Assembly: GCA_030704615.1 (NCBI GenBank)
Contig: CM060731.1
Span: forward strand, 79,236,001-79,300,000
Length of the DNA: 64,000 nucleotides
Direction of reading: 5' to 3'
Origin: Takakia lepidozioides
Lineage: Eukaryota; Plantae; Bryophyta
Under the pieces are notes generated by a model that saw nothing but the letters and a program-made list of their open reading frames with translations, did not search any database and was not told the origin of the DNA. Below, piece after piece: positions 63,417-64,000 of the stretch (its first letter is position 1; the number at the start of each line of letters is the position of its first letter). The position numbers were made by a program, and so were the translations under genes.

Positions 63417-63628
63417 GTAAATGTTGATGTACTATACATTTGCAGCCATAATTGTGTGTTGGCCTCTAATGACGAAGAATTTTGAATTGTTAATATCTTT
63501 TTGATGCCTTGGTTTCATCGCAGACACCTGGGTTGGCACCTGTTCAGTAATCTTATGCTCAGGTGTGCAAGTTCTCCCCACCCAGTGCCTCATGAGGAGC
63601 CACAATCCCCGGCACTATGCTTATTATG

Positions 63629-64000
63629 CAACGACGCAATGGCGTGAGCGTACGCTCACGCAGGAGTGACGTGGCGTGAGCCTGCACACACGCTGACGTG
63701 GCGTGAGCGTCATGTCAGCATGCTGATGTGGCGGTAAATGATGACATGGCACTGTCCGTCATCTGCCACGTCACCATTAACATGCGCCGCCTATAACCGT
63801 GGATGGTCCTATGACCGTGGAATTAATGCAGGGAATCTTGCCTAAATAGAATCAAGACGAGCATTGAGGCCTACAATTGCAGCATCCAACAGTGTGCAAT
63901 TACAAATGCTTGTTTTACTTTTACAATTACGAGGACGACAAAATATCCTCACAAAGTGTGCGCCATAAAGGCTGCCACGGGAAGACCTTCCTCCCTCCTC
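63629..64000 (-). mobile_element. Terminus of a second copy of the MULE, in opposite orientation, running off the window
   Basis: 63629-64000 is the reverse complement of ~52605-52980 with few differences and begins at the same terminal base. Confidence 0.9.

Larger units (their letters stand above)
53557..64000. mobile_element. Transposase-encoding CACTA of the same family as 34675-39387; far end outside the window
   Basis: CACTACAACA..ATTGCGGCTTTTATGACTCC at 53557 (preceded by ATT, truncating the LINE RT). About 330 bp are homologous to the reverse complement of 39060-39387. No second TIR was found in the window. Confidence 0.8.

Overview
Eukaryotic, transposon-dense DNA, most likely from a non-seed land plant (inferred from spliceosomal introns, PLS-type PPR and CASTOR/POLLUX-like remnants). 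The one clearly intact host gene is a 9-exon class II RNase T2 (RNS2-like, minus strand, 4224-8308) with a 4-nt microexon. Most of the rest is nested mobile DNA. (1) A Ty3/Gypsy-type retroelement (21402-32133) encodes Gag, PR, a DNMT3-like C5 methyltransferase, RT, RNase H, DDE integrase and a PHD finger. Its repeats are arranged A-[ORFs]-B-A-B rather than as two LTRs, its ends are the two halves of an internal palindrome GACA-GC-TGTC, it has a 4-bp TSD and a self-complementary primer site, and its RH-INT block is precisely inverted. (2) An L1 LINE (minus) is interrupted by a non-autonomous Pack-CACTA (34675-39387), an 11.5-kb Mutator-like element (41478-52980, 9-bp TSD) and a CACTA with HAD/FCP1-like cargo (53557 to beyond the window), which itself holds the end of a second MULE copy. 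The MULE carries, head-to-head with its transposase, an intron-containing gene that appears to fuse a ParB/Srx-like domain to a beta-class amino-(N6A/N4C) DNA methyltransferase. Its introns hold arrays of 24-bp palindromes whose 12-bp core GTCGTTGACGAC is also arrayed in a non-autonomous relative at 15340-16638. The best candidates for undescribed systems are this MULE ParB-MTase/palindrome module and the split-repeat, integrase-encoding DNMT retroelement. All domain calls are by-eye motif recognition; no searches were run.
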